Below, in pieces: positions 36,201-48,874 of a DNA stretch of 64,000 nucleotides. The translations under genes and the position numbers were made by a program. The notes under the pieces are model-generated. The model made no database searches, had not been told where the DNA came from, and was given only the letters and a program-made list of their open reading frames with translations. This DNA is from Anthoceros angustus (Eukaryota > Plantae > Anthocerotophyta). Positions within the stretch are counted from its first letter, which is position 1, and each line of letters opens with the position of its first letter. The stretch lies in assembly GCA_010909165.1 (NCBI GenBank), contig VJWM01000249.1, forward strand, positions 171,084 through 235,083, in the 5' to 3' direction.

Positions 36201-38600
36201 TCTTGACGGAGGTGTACCCCTCGTAGTCTTGTGGTTTCTCCAGTGTGTCCTTACTCCGGTGTCGCTACGTCCTTCCCTCACCTTGGATCCCAGTCCGGCT
36301 TGAAGTGTATTTCCTTCCGTCCAGTGTAGTTTTGTCGGCGAGGGCCCGGCCAAGGCCGCTAGCAGGACCTCATACCCCAGGTCCGGAGTGATGTGACAAA
36401 ATCTAATGTATAGGGGCTCCCTATGGTGGCTTGGACTCGGGACAACTCCCTGCGGCGCTGCCGCGACATGTCCGCCATCACGAGGGTTTTGGTGGATGGC
36501 TCGAAGGTGGTGAACCCCGGCCGTCTTGCGGTGGCCTCGGTGATGAGGTTCACTCGACCCGTGTCTAGAGACGTTTTTAATTACACACCGCAATTTCCAC
36601 TGCTGGCGCCCAGTCCGTATGAGATCGACCCTTACCTCCACGTTCTTGCCCTTAGGACCAAGGAGTTCCGGCGTGGTTGCGTTTCCACGATGGCCGGACT
36701 TCACAGCCGATACGGGTTGTCCTTTAACAAGCGCCTAAGGGACACCAAGTGTTGTTGGTCCATCATCAAGTCGGCCACCTTGAAAGGGCGGGTGGTTCTC
36801 TCTCGCGTCGCGCGTTCGCCTTGTCTCCTCCGGCGTTTGGCTCTGTGTGGTGGCGGACCACTCAGGTCTGTCGGAGTTCTTCTTGAAGCATCTCGGTCAC
36901 TTCCCGAACCACATCCGGTGGAAACTGCGGCGTTGCCGTGGGTGAGTCTGCTTCTCCGGAGACTCCCGGTGGCTGTTGGGGTTTCTTCTCCTGGCAGGGC
37001 TGCCCGGTTTAACTCGTCCTCTTTGGCGGGTTCGGCTTCCTTCGCGGGTGTTCCGTCCTCCGTATCCGTGGGACTATCCTCATTTTTCTTCCTCTTACTG
37101 TCTCCGTTCCTTCCGCTCCTTTCGGCGACTCCGGGTTGATACTTCCAGTACCTCCAGGTCCGCCTTCTTCTCCTTGGCCGAACTTGCTTCGTACCACCTC
37201 GTTTCAGGCTCCCTCGGTGCCTCCTCCCACTCCGCCAGTTGTGCGTCTTCAATTTGTACAGGCGCCTTAGGGAGGGCGTGGTGGTCTTGGCTCCCCGGGG
37301 GGTTGCGTGGCGTGCGTCCTCGGCGAGGATTCGGACACAGTCTTGCACGCATGTGCCCTTTGCCCCAATCTCCACGTTCAAAGTCCGTTACCTTGTGCGG
37401 TGGGGTATGGGCGTTGGAGTAGTCGGGGTTCCCACAGTTCCAGCAGACCACGCCGAGAATTCACGAGGCTCCCATGCGGTTGCATCGGAGGTGTGGATGG
37501 ACCTGGGGTACATCGTCTTGGATCTCAGCGGTCCGGTTGTGCTTCTTGCACTTGGTCATCCTCCCTTTGTTCCTCGGACTCTTCCCTCGTACTCCACACG
37601 GTTCACGGGTGGAGGGCATTGGCCTTGAATGCCCATGTTGGTGACACACACCATAAATGAGTCGACCGTGGTGGCCACCTTGCGTCTTTATCCTTCACAC
37701 GGTTGATCGTCAACTCTTCCACCCTTTTACCGTTCTAGATCTTCCCTCGGCTACTTCCTTCAAAGGAGGCGGGGTCGAAGACCTCGCGTGCGGGCATCAT
37801 GACCTCCTTCTTTTCCACCCTCCGTCACCACGGGCTTCTTCTTCTTTTTTGCGGGGGCTTCCTCTGCCTCCTGGACTTTCTTCCTCTCCTCCTCTTCCTC
37901 CAGTGCCTCGGTCTCTTCCTCCTCTCCAGGGTTCTTCATCTTGATTCCGACCCTCTTTTCTTCTTCTTCCTCCTGGAGGTCCTCGCGTCGTTGGTGCATC
38001 GATTCTTCATAGTTCTCCGCCGCACCGCCTTGCTCACATCTTTCTCTGCAACGGCACGTAGCCATTGGCTTGGATAAGCCAGTGCGAACCAACGCCCTTT
38101 GCATGGTGTGGGTGTGAGTGGGAGGCATGGCCCGTTCGATGTCGATCCCAACTTCTCCGTCTTCCTCTTTGGGGTTCTCGAGTTTGGACATAGCCTTCTT
38201 GATCGATTCGGAATCTTTCTGAAGGCATCCTTCAATCTTGAAGGTTGCGGGGGCGTTACGGGTGGTGGTATTTCCCGATACCGGGCTGTCCCGAGGACCC
38301 TTGGAGCAATTTGAATTAGGCTGCATCCGACCTTCTCCGTTGAAGTTTGCCGGGACACGAAATCCTCCACGAAGGTTTCCTCTCTCCTCTTACTCCAAGA
38401 GAATCGCTTGCTTGGTCGTTGTTGCCATCGTCGCGGTGAGGATGAGGCGCCCCCCACGCTGGGCTGCTTCCTCCTCTCGATCCACAACTCCACCACTTAC
38501 TGCGGTGTCCTCGCCTCGAGCTCGTCGTCTCTCACGTGCTGCGCTCGGGCGCTCGGCGATCTGGCGTCCGACTCTCTTAGCAATTCTTCCTTAACTACCT
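33240..38600 (-). pseudogene. Gypsy gag-pol, frameshifted
   Basis: VCWNCGNP knuckle; EWVAPIVVVKK and LRGFLGMVGYYRRFI (RT); FHVYVDVSAFAIGVVLSQ (RNase H); PFEKWGIDFVGPI, LVSDRGTHF and YNPKANGLTE (integrase). Confidence 0.9.
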
Positions 38601-38655
38601 CCGTCCTCCACGCATCCGCACGGCTACGGCGATTTCATTCCCAGCAGCGCCAAAA

Positions 38656-41600
38656 TGTGCGCGACTTTCGTGATGGCGGTAGCGCCACAATCCGTGTCGT
38701 TGTAGGAAGAAGTCCGTTCCCAAAGGAATGATAGGCTCCGTTTGCGCGTTTGGTGATTCTTACCTCACTTGCGCTCGTTCGGCCTCAACGCATCGCCTAA
38801 CTACTACTAGCGTTCACTCAGGCCGGTATGGCCAAGCGTTTAGGACCGTTCGCGTCCGTATCGTTCATTCGTCACTCACACTTCGGTCCTTTCCTCTCTC
38901 TCCACTCGCTACACTCTCTCATCGGTCTTAGAAAAGGCGGTTACGGTCGGACCTCCTCCCGTCGTTCGGGCCCTCGCCCTCCGGAGTTCCTCCGGCTCAC
39001 GTTCGGTCCGTTCGGTCTTTGGGCGGCTCGGGGCGAGCACGGGTCCCCGATCACCCTTCCCACACACACACCACAACGTTAGGTCGTCACGGGACCACGA
39101 TCAATCTCCCGGGGCGTGCACCTTTCGGTGACTCGGGACTCACGTTAGCAAGAAGACACACAAGGTGCAGAGCGGCATCAACACCAAGAAAGATGATTTA
39201 TTGGGCCTTAGCCCTCTTATACTCGCCAAGGTCGGCCTTTATTACACCTCTATTACATGAGGCCATTTCGTGCCTAACGCCTACTACCTCCCTATTCCCT
39301 ATCTCCGCCGTCGGTGGTGGGGTGGGATAGCCGATTCCTTCTTGGCATTGGTGCGGCCCACGAGCCATCATTGCGGCGCGCAATCGGATGATCCGCGGGG
39401 ACCCCTTCCTCTTCGTGCACTGCGCCACCGTGGCGGCGGCGACAGCGGCGATCACCAAGTCTTCCTCGTCCTCCCTCTTCTCTCTGGCGGGCCCTCGCGT
39501 GGGCCCTCAAGGGGATCTCTGGGGTGGTGGTGGCTCTCCCCACTCCCAGTTTGGACCTCGGGACCCTGTCTCGACTCAGTCCGGACCTCTAGGTCCGGTC
39601 TTCCCTCTGGTCCGGTCTCCACAGGCCGGCCTTCTTCTGAGTCGGTCCTCGGGCCGGACTTCTAGGTCGGTCTTGGACCCAACCCTTCCACAGGTGGACC
39701 TCGGGTCCGGATCGTCACTAGTCGGATCCCTAAGTCAGACTTCCTTGAGGGGACCTCGGGTCGGCCTTTCCTCAGTCCGGACAAAGTCAGGACCCTCCTC
39801 TGGGCATGCCTCCTCCGGGCTGGTCAGGTTCATCCTTGAGCCCTCCCTTGGTTCCCAATGCCCGGTTGCCCTTTCCTTCCTCTCAAGATCCTCCCTCTTC
39901 CTTCCATGCGAGGGTCGAGTGCTTACCTCGGTGTGGCCCTTCCTCCTCCCGGTTCCTCCACTGCTCTCTCCCACGTGCTCTTGCCGTCATCAAACCTCCT
40001 AGGACTCCAGCGGTTGTCGTCCCGGGTCGTCCTCTCTCGCTCCTCCTTCCATCCTTGAGTCCACCCTCCCCTGGGGTGGCGCGGGACCTCGAGCCTTGAG
40101 GGCTCTGCGTGGTAGTGAGTCGGAATCGACTTTTGAATCGCCTCCTCACATGAGCCGGGCACGGTACTCCCTCCTCCAGGTGCTCGGCAGGCGGGCGGCG
40201 CCCGGCCGCCCGTCTCGTGGCCAAGCTTACATGTGGTGGACTCCCTTGAGGCCGTCAAGGCTGCCTCCGTTACCTCTTGCAACCTTCTGCTCGGCGTTCT
40301 CCTCCTCCCGTCGTTGTTCATCGATTTGCGCCATGGAGGTGAGCTCCTCCTTCACCTGGGGACGACAGCGACCTCTCCTCCGGTGCTTTCTTCCTCCGTC
40401 TATTCTTTCCGGTCCCACTTCCTTCTCCAGGCGGGCGGTATCCCGTCAGGCTCACGGCTTCCTCCACATCCTGCGCAACCTTGCGGCCGAACTCCTTGCT
40501 CGCCTATTCTCCTCCGTCTTCAAGCGGAGGCGTTCTACCTCTCGCTCGAAGTCTTGGATTCTCGTTGAGAACCCCACTGCTCCGTGCATCTTGGGTTGCA
40601 ACTCCAAGGTGTCCTTGTCCTCCGGCTCCCGCCTCCCTTCTACCTCCTGGTGCACCAGGGTCCCCAATCTCCCGGGTCTTGGCCTCCGATGTCCTCACGG
40701 CTCGGCCGTGCTTGCTCATGACCCGCTCGGCCTTGATTGGCCGTGGCTCTCTCGGCCGCCTCCCTCCAGTTCGATCAGGTGATCGCGATCGGCCCGGCCG
40801 TGGCCTCCGCCTCCTTGGCCACCTTCACACGAGCCTCTCCGGCAGCTCTGGTCGAGGCTGCCTCCGCGGATCCGCGCCCGTTACGCTTGCGCCCGGGCGT
40901 CCTCGCTTCTGCTGCGCTCGCCCCTCTGCTGCGAGGTCCTCCGCTTGGGCCTCCTTGGCTGCTTGCTCCTCGGTGAAGGAATTTAGTCCGGTCCTTGCGG
41001 ATGGACGGACCTCCCTCTCCGCCTCGGCGTTTCCTTCCTCAATCCGGAGAGCTTGGCCTTCCTTCTCCCTGGGCTCCCTCGCTGCTCACGGAGGAGTACC
41101 CGCCTCGGGTGGCTTCTACCTCCAGGTCTTCTCGGCCATCCACGAGACCCCAGGCATACTCGTCCATGGCGGTAGCAGGACCGTGTTTCTTCCACGGCCC
41201 CGTGAGGCTCCCACAAAGTCCGTGAGCGGCATCTCACGGTCGTCAGGACCTCCATACCGATCGCAAGTCGGGTGGGTTCTCGGACCTAATCGGGACCCTT
41301 AGGTCACGAGTCTTGGCTCCGGGCTTCCCCTCCTTGGCCCTTTTGGCGCGAGCTCCTTCTCCGCCTTTTCTCACAGGGCTCGGCGGAGGTGATGGAGTCA
41401 GGGAGCACGCCCTTTGCCCCTTCATCGGCGGACCCGGCTCGGATGCGGCTGCGGTGTCCTCCTGCTCCACAGGCGTCCGCCTCCTTCGCTTCCTCCGCTG
41501 CCACTCCGTGGCGGGGAAGAGTCTTGGCACCGGCCAGGTGCAGCGTTGGTAGCCGTGGTCTTGCGTCTCTTGGCTCTCTCACTGGTCAGCGGGGCTCCTC

Positions 41601-43106
41601 GGTAGGAGTGATGGCGGTGGCTGCTGGGTCGGGGCCGCTTCTGCTGGGTGCTCGGTTGGGGCACGAGGAGGAGGCGGAATTTCCATACTTCCACAGGTGG
41701 TGAGGGGTCCGTTCAGGGCGTATGGAGTCAGGAATCCTCGATCGTCCTCCTCCCGAGTCCGTTTGGCTTTCGACGGCCGGCCTCCTCCCTCGGCGCCCTT
41801 GCCGCTCCACTTGGCGGGGCCTCCGGTCCTTTCGGGCGCTCGCTCAAGCTCTCCTTCCTTGAGCTCAATGCCCCCATACATGGATCGGTATGGGGGCGGT
41901 GAATGGCGAGGCTTCTCGGTCCACGAGCTTGCGAGCCTCTGGCTAAGCAGGCGAAGATAATCCTTCCCGTCGCCTCTTCCCCCATGCAGCGTGCGGGGCA
42001 GCAGATTATCACCAAGGTGATCCACCTTGGTGAGTAGGTTCGATGGACAATGATCCGGGCCACCGCCCTTCTCATCCAGCGGTCGGATATCGACCAACCG
42101 TTGGTGGTCGTTGCGTCCAGCCTTAGCATCGGCTGCGTGGCCTATCTTCCCTTCGCCTTGAGGGGCTCGGCACCCCCTCTTCCTCCTTGGGCGGTTGTAG
42201 GCCGCCTCGGGACCTCAAGGTCCATCGCCTTGGGTCCTCCGGAGGTTCTTGGACCGCACCTCCTTGTTGACCGCCCGGCATCTTCCGGGGCAAACTCCCG
42301 GACGGTGACCTTGTCAAATGTCGGACCATGGAACACATCCAAATGCCACTCCTGCACCAATTCTCCCGCTTCCTGGGCGAGGCCCAAAGTCCGGATAGCG
42401 CGGGTCACAATGTTGCGCTCCACAAGGTTCCATGGCTCCCAAACTTCCGGGCTTTTGGGTGCCATCGCCTTCTCCTCCTTGGTTTCTTTGGCAGCTTGTC
42501 GGAGGCTGGCAGCACGTTGCGCCTTCTTGCGCGTTGCTCGAGCCTCAGCGGTGAGCCGGGCGTCGAGTGTCCACGAGATACCGCCGAGCGGTTGCGGGCG
42601 CAAGATCGCGGTGTCTCGAGGCTGCGGTGACCTTCTTCCGCGACGCCCGGGAATGCCGGGCGGGCGCCTCTTCCTGTCATGCGCGAGTGCATGGCTTACT
42701 GCAGCCTCTGCTGCGTACTCGGCCTTACGCCGCGCGTACTGCGGCCCTCGCGCGCGGTCGCGGCGTGAATACCTGCGGCCTGGCAAGGTTCACGGTCTGA
42801 CCGCGCATGCCGTCCTCCACTCGGGGTCGTCCACGTGGCGTCGCCTAGTCGTCCTCACGGCCCAACTTCTAAGTTACTTTCACTGGCGTACTTATCACCT
42901 GCCGGTCACAGGTGGGTCCGGACTTATCCCATTACCTTGTCGCGCCATGCCATAGTAGGTCTAGTCGTTCCTCACTCGGTCCGGAGTATACTCAGTGCCG
43001 TCAGTGCTACCGTGTATTTCCCGCCTCATTTTATCCTTTACTCCTACAAAAAAAAAAACAAAACCCTACCTAATTTCTAACCCCCGAGGGAAGTCCGTAG
43101 TCCACA
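38656..43106 (-). repeat. Gypsy 5' LTR
   Basis: Direct repeat of 28783-33205, adjacent to the PBS. Confidence 0.9.
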
Positions 43107-43845
43107 ACCTTCATCAGAGAATCAATGACTTGATAGCTCTCAATGAAGGCCAATCAATCCTAGCTACTGAGTTAAGGAAGTCCTTCAATACATTGATTGT
43201 TCTTCTTTACCCTAATGAGCGACATCTGGCTTTCACTCCTTTGCCTGAAATTCATGCTCAACGTGCTTTCGATATGAGAACAAATCTCAAAGGTCTCTCT
43301 ACTACACATGCTGTACAACACAATGCTGTAAGTAATTTGGCCAAAAGAATTGAAGCACATCAGAGAAGTGTGAATAGAAGATGCAAATTGATCGGAGAAT
43401 TGCTGTTGTTGGATCTGATGTTCTGGATTTGAAACAACATATTTTTCATATTGATAGCTTTGCTCAAGCCTGAATTAGTTCATCAACCAACATTTTACAA
43501 TACTGTATCCTGGCCTTCTAGCAAACCTGACATCCCCTGCAGAGTCAATAGTTTAAAATCACTCTCCTCAGCCCCTGTCCACTCAAACAATAGGTGGGCA
43601 ATCAGGAATAATAGAAAATTCCAGCAAGCTGTAATGTTTTCTGCACATCACAGCCCTGCTACCTTTGTCAACGTACTCTGATTGTAGCCCACCTTGTTAT
43701 ATTCCTGTCACCATTTTATTCCATCCATCCCTAAAAATGATCTCACAGTGACTAACCTGCAATAGGATAGCTCACAGACACATATCTGTGTTGGTATCCA
43801 TCACCTAACCTCTTTCAACTCTAAGTGTGAGTTCCTTTTTCATAC

Positions 43846-46800
43846 TTGAACATGGGTGAGCCTTCATCCAGTATGAATTATATGGGAGGTGATGGTTTTA
43901 GGGAAAAGGATAGATTTGGTGGACAGGACTATGACATTTGGGTTATGAGGATGCGGGGCATTCTTCATAGTAAAAGACTATGGAAGATGACCATTGACGA
44001 GGAAAAGGATGAGGGAACGGACACGACATCTCAGGAAGCTTGGGCAGTCAAGAACGAGCATGCCATGTACATAATTAAAAGTGGTCTTACTTCTGATATG
44101 ATGCGGCAAACCTCTGGATGTGCAACTGCTGCAGAAGTCTAGACTCGTTTGCAAAACCTGTATTCAGGCAACAATACAACAAGTCAAATGACAGCTTTGC
44201 GAAATTTACAGAACTGTAAAATGAGGGATGGTGACTTTGTGGAGAAGGATATTGGGACTTTCAGGAATCTTGTTTCAAGGCTTGAAAGTGCTTCTAATGA
44301 GAGTGTCAAAGATGACATGTTGGCCCTATATTTGATGCTTTCCTTACCATCCCGGTCACATTTTGTGACCTCATTAAACGCCTTCAAAGCTCACAGCTAA
44401 GAAGTTGGCAAAGGCTTCAAATGTTACTCTCCCTGAGATGACGTTTACAGAGTTGGTGGGAGCTCTTCTTGAGGAAGAGGCAACAAGAGGATCTGGAAGG
44501 GGCAAACAACATGCCCTTTATACCACAAACCAAGGAAAAGGGGGCAAACCTAATTTCAGTATTCTTCAAGTGCTGGAAACCCTCAGAAGGGTTCTACACA
44601 AAAGAAACCCAAGAAGGCTGGAAAATGCCACCGGTGCCAAATTCCGTGCCATTGGGAACATGAATGTCGAAGAAGGTGCGGAATACCTGCAAGGAGGGCA
44701 ATTCCACTCGAGACGATGTTGTGGTAAAGAAGCAGCCCTCCCTCCCGATCAGGGACTAGGGAGTTTGCTCGCCCTCTTGTTTATCCCAGTCATCCCACAA
44801 GAACCAGGGTAGATCATTCCATGAATGGTACCTTGACACGGGTGCAACGCACATATGTTTTGACAGAATGCCTTTGCAACCTATCACCGAAGATTAGTTT
44901 GTTTACAGGTGATAATAGGTCCTGTGTCTCTGGTAGAGGAACAGAAATCTTAGTGTTCCTTCCGCATTACTCGTTACTCATGTATATGTATGTACACGAG
45001 ATGACAAGGAACCTTATTTCGTTAGAAAGCTAAACATGGATAACAATAGCCACATCCTGCTTACACCTGAATGTCAAATCATAGATGCCCTTGATCCCCG
45101 TAAGGTCTTGGCATATGGATCATCTAATAGTGATCTTTTCCGTCTTCACACCAATAGTGGTGGTCGACAAACTCACTTAGCTTCACAGGGCTTTAGATGT
45201 CTCCGCAAAGCAGATTGACAAGGTGAAGTTATGGCATGCTTGGGTCATCCACATAGTTCCAAGTTATGCTTGGCTACAAGTAACTTGTATCATGATGGCC
45301 AAATTGGTCCTTTGCCTCCCTTACCTCTTTGTGAAGCATGTGTATTTTCCAAGCGTCATCAGGCTGCTTTCAAGAATAAGACTCCATATCGAGCTACGGA
45401 AGTTCTTGAATTGGTCCATACTGATATATGTGGACCCCTCTCTCAGCCTTCTATTGGTGGTGGTCGATACTTCCTCACATTCACTGATGACAAAACACGC
45501 TTTGTTATGGCGTATATTCTCAATGCCAAAAGTGAATGTTTCTCTCTATTCAAGGATTATATGAAGTATGTTGAGAGATGGACTGGAAAACAGTTAAAAA
45601 CTCTTCGATCTGACAATGGGGGCGAATACACTTCACATGAGTTTCAAACATTTTGTGCAGACGAAGAGATCGGCAGACAACTTACCATTGTTTACACGCC
45701 AGTAATGGCGCAGTAACGCCTAAATCTCACTCTTCGAGATGGTTTCTTCCTGCATCATGCGCTTTGCGCCATATTGGGTGAGGCCCTTATGACCTCTGCT
45801 TACCTATTAAACAGCCAACCACTGCTGAGGAGACACCACAGAAGCTTTCCTTGGCGTAAAACCTTCTATTCAACATCTTCGCATTTTGGGTGTGTTGCTT
45901 ATGCCTTCATTCCCAAGGAGAAGAGAAAGAAGCTATCTGCAAAGGCTCAAGACTTCTTATGATTGGTTATCTGAGGGATAAAAGCTTATAAACTCTATGA
46001 TATCTCTCGTGACAAAGTAATTTACTCACGAAGTGTTACATTTGATGAAGGACGATTTTTACCTTCAGTGGGAGCTTCTCCCACTTTGGAGGCTGATGAC
46101 ACACTTTTAGTTTTCCCTGATGTAACTTTGTTTGATGATACCACTCCCGAGGATGTTGCTCCTGCAGGGGGGGACAACCAGCAAGTACATCAACAGGACG
46201 AGTTAATAGTGAATGCAGAAGACAATCACAATTTTGCTGATCTGCAGCAGCAACCTCCTCCCCTTGAGCCATAGGATTTACCTGTAAATGGTGGTCCTGT
46301 CTTTACCCCACCGCCAGCACGCCGCTACCCTGCTAGAGAACGTCGAGCACCAAATTATTATCAGGCTCCCGATTTTCGACCTGTTTCCTCTCATGCTCAG
46401 GCACACTCTGTGACTTTCCTGGATCCTCTTGAGCCACAGTCTCTATAGGAAGCTTTGAGTAGACCTGATCACAAGGAATGGGAGAAAGCCATTCAATCAG
46501 AGTATGATTCCCTGATTGAAAATGGCACTTGGGAGATCGCTAAACTTCCTCCTGGCAGAAAATTGGTATCTTGTAAGTGGGTGTTTAAGTTGAAAGTAAA
46601 GGCTGATGGTACCTTTGATAGGTATAAAGCCAGGCTTGTTGCCAGAGGCTTCTCTCAAATTCCTGGCCTTGATTACTTTGAGACTTTCGCTCCAGTTGTC
46701 AAGCTTACTACACTGCGAACAATGTGTGCGATTTCAGCATACAGAGATTATGAACTGCAGATGTTTGATGTCAAAACAGCATTTTTAAATGGGAAGATAG

Positions 46801-47930
46801 ATACAAAAATCTACATGCAGCAACCTCTTGGTTATGAAATTCAAGGAAAGGAGGACTATGCCTGTAAACTGAAAAAATGCCTGTATGGACTAAAACAGTC
46901 TGCTATGAAATGGAACGAAGAACTGGATAAAGAACTCCTAGCTTTAGGTTTCACTAAGAGCAAAGCTGATGGTAGTTTATACATATACAAAACCAAAGAG
47001 GTCATATGCTACTTAGCTGTATATGTTGATGATCTTATACTCTCCAGCAACACTCAGCTGTATATTGACAAGATTACTGATCTCCTGGCCACAAAATTCA
47101 AAATGTCAAATCTTGGTCCACTCCAAAGTTGCCTAGGTATCTACATTCAAAGGAATAGACGAACCAAGGTCATTACTTTGACTCAACCAAGATATTTACT
47201 TGACTGTGCTGAACAATTTGGCCTTAAGGATGCTAAAGTAGTAGCCACACCTCTTCCTAGTGGCTTAAAGCTCAGCAAGAGCATGTCACCTGCAACACAA
47301 AGTGATAAGGATCAGATGGTTAATGTTCCCTACAGACAAGCAGTTGGCAAACTCATTTATGCTGCTAACACAACCAGACCTGAAGTGGCTTATGCAACTA
47401 GTGTCTTGTCACAATACCTCGAAAACCCTGGACAGGAACATTGGAGTTGTGTTAAACGAGTACTTCGGTATTTGAAGGGAACTGCTAACAGAGGCATACA
47501 GTATTCTTACCAATCAGGAGTTCCTCTTGACTTGAAGGTTTACACGATTCGATTTGGGATTTGGACACCGTAAAATCAGATTCCGTTATTGTGTGTGTGT
47601 CGAGGACCAATATGCTGGTCCAGAAGAAGTGACCAATAGCTGGCTCGCCCAAAGATCGAGAATACCGAGGCCGATATCAACCGCTAAGAAATAGTGCAAG
47701 CCCTGCTGTAAATGGGGATTGATATTCCAACTTGCACAACTATACACACAGACAACCAAGGCTCGATTGCTCTTGCTAAGAATCCGCCTTTCCCGAGGAC
47801 CAAACATGTGGAGGTCGAGTATCACTACATTCGTGAGTTAGTAGCAGTGAAACAATCGAAATCCAATATATTTCCACAAGACAATCCAAAGAGATGTTTT
47901 AACCAAAGCTCTTGGACGAGAGCTACATGA
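43846..47930 (+). pseudogene. Copia gag-pol (gag, PR, IN, RT, RNase H) with stops and frameshifts
   Basis: FGGQDYDIWVMRMRGIL; WYLDTGAT; LELVHTDICGP; LRSDNGGEY; SCKWVFKLK..RYKARLVARGF; YVDD; TDNQGSIALAKNP..RTKHVEVEYHYIRE. Confidence 0.93.
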
Positions 47931-48874
47931 GAAACACGTAAAGGGTCTTGGACTAGGAAAGTCAGCAACTTTCCTAGCTGATCCAACCTAAACATGTTTA
48001 CTGTGCCCACCTACTACTCACCCGCCATCTCACGCCGACACATACACACCGAGGTCTTTTTGGATTGTCGAGTCGCATCGATCTGGAGGATAGCTGTATA
48101 TAGTCCTCACTGAGCACTCTGTCTTCTATGATCTTGTGCATGTAACTCGCAGAGCAACAAGTTGATGAATCTTTTCGTAACCGGGAGTAGAGTGGGAAAC
48201 ACACATGGAAAGTTGGGCTTTATAGTAGCGATCACATGGCGAAACTCGGCCACTTTCAAGACACCCAAATCCTCTCCATCACAATCAAGACAAGTGCGCC
48301 TATACTGTAGAGGAGAGTTGGCCGCAATGCTCCCAAACTAATGATTCTCGTGTCCCTGCTTTGAGGCTACCTCTCGGGAACCTGAGGGGAACAAGAGGCC
48401 TCTCCTCGCCCTTCTCCCACATCGCGATTGGACCCGAGTCGGTGAAAACAGGAAGCTTATGTTATGTCGGTCGTTTGCTTGCAGCCCTGTGTCCTGCAGT
48501 CGGTGAAGGACGTGCGCGGGCTCCCATATTCTCAGCAGTCCCTATCTTCACAGCAGGCGGGGTGTTGAAGGAGTCTCTTGGACGCTTGTGGTCTTCAAGC
48601 TATGTGAATTTATGTGCAACGTGCATTATGACGGAATTGCAAGCAAAAAAGTCAAAGTGAAGGGAGGCCGTTGTGGTGGCCGCGAGGAGAAATGGGTAGC
48701 AAGGAGGGTTGATACGAGATGGAGTTGAGGCGTGAGGAGTTCACCGGGGAATAAATCCATTTTATTCAAGATGAGTGTTATGCACAAGCCAATTGGGTGT
48801 GTTGGACAATGAAGTGTAAGAACTCCATAGATAATCGTCCTAGGGGTCGATCAGTACCGGGATGGGGCACCTTT

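Larger units (their letters stand above)
28783..43106 (-). mobile_element. Ty3/Gypsy (non-chromovirus-like) LTR retrotransposon with ~4.4-kb LTRs
   Basis: LTRs at 28783-33205 and 38656-43106, outer ends TGTGG...CCACA, TSD ACCTT. The PBS-like TGGCGCTGCTGG is at ~38640-38652 (minus) and a PPT is at ~33206-33215. Internal order is gag-PR-RT-RH-IN. Confidence 0.93.
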
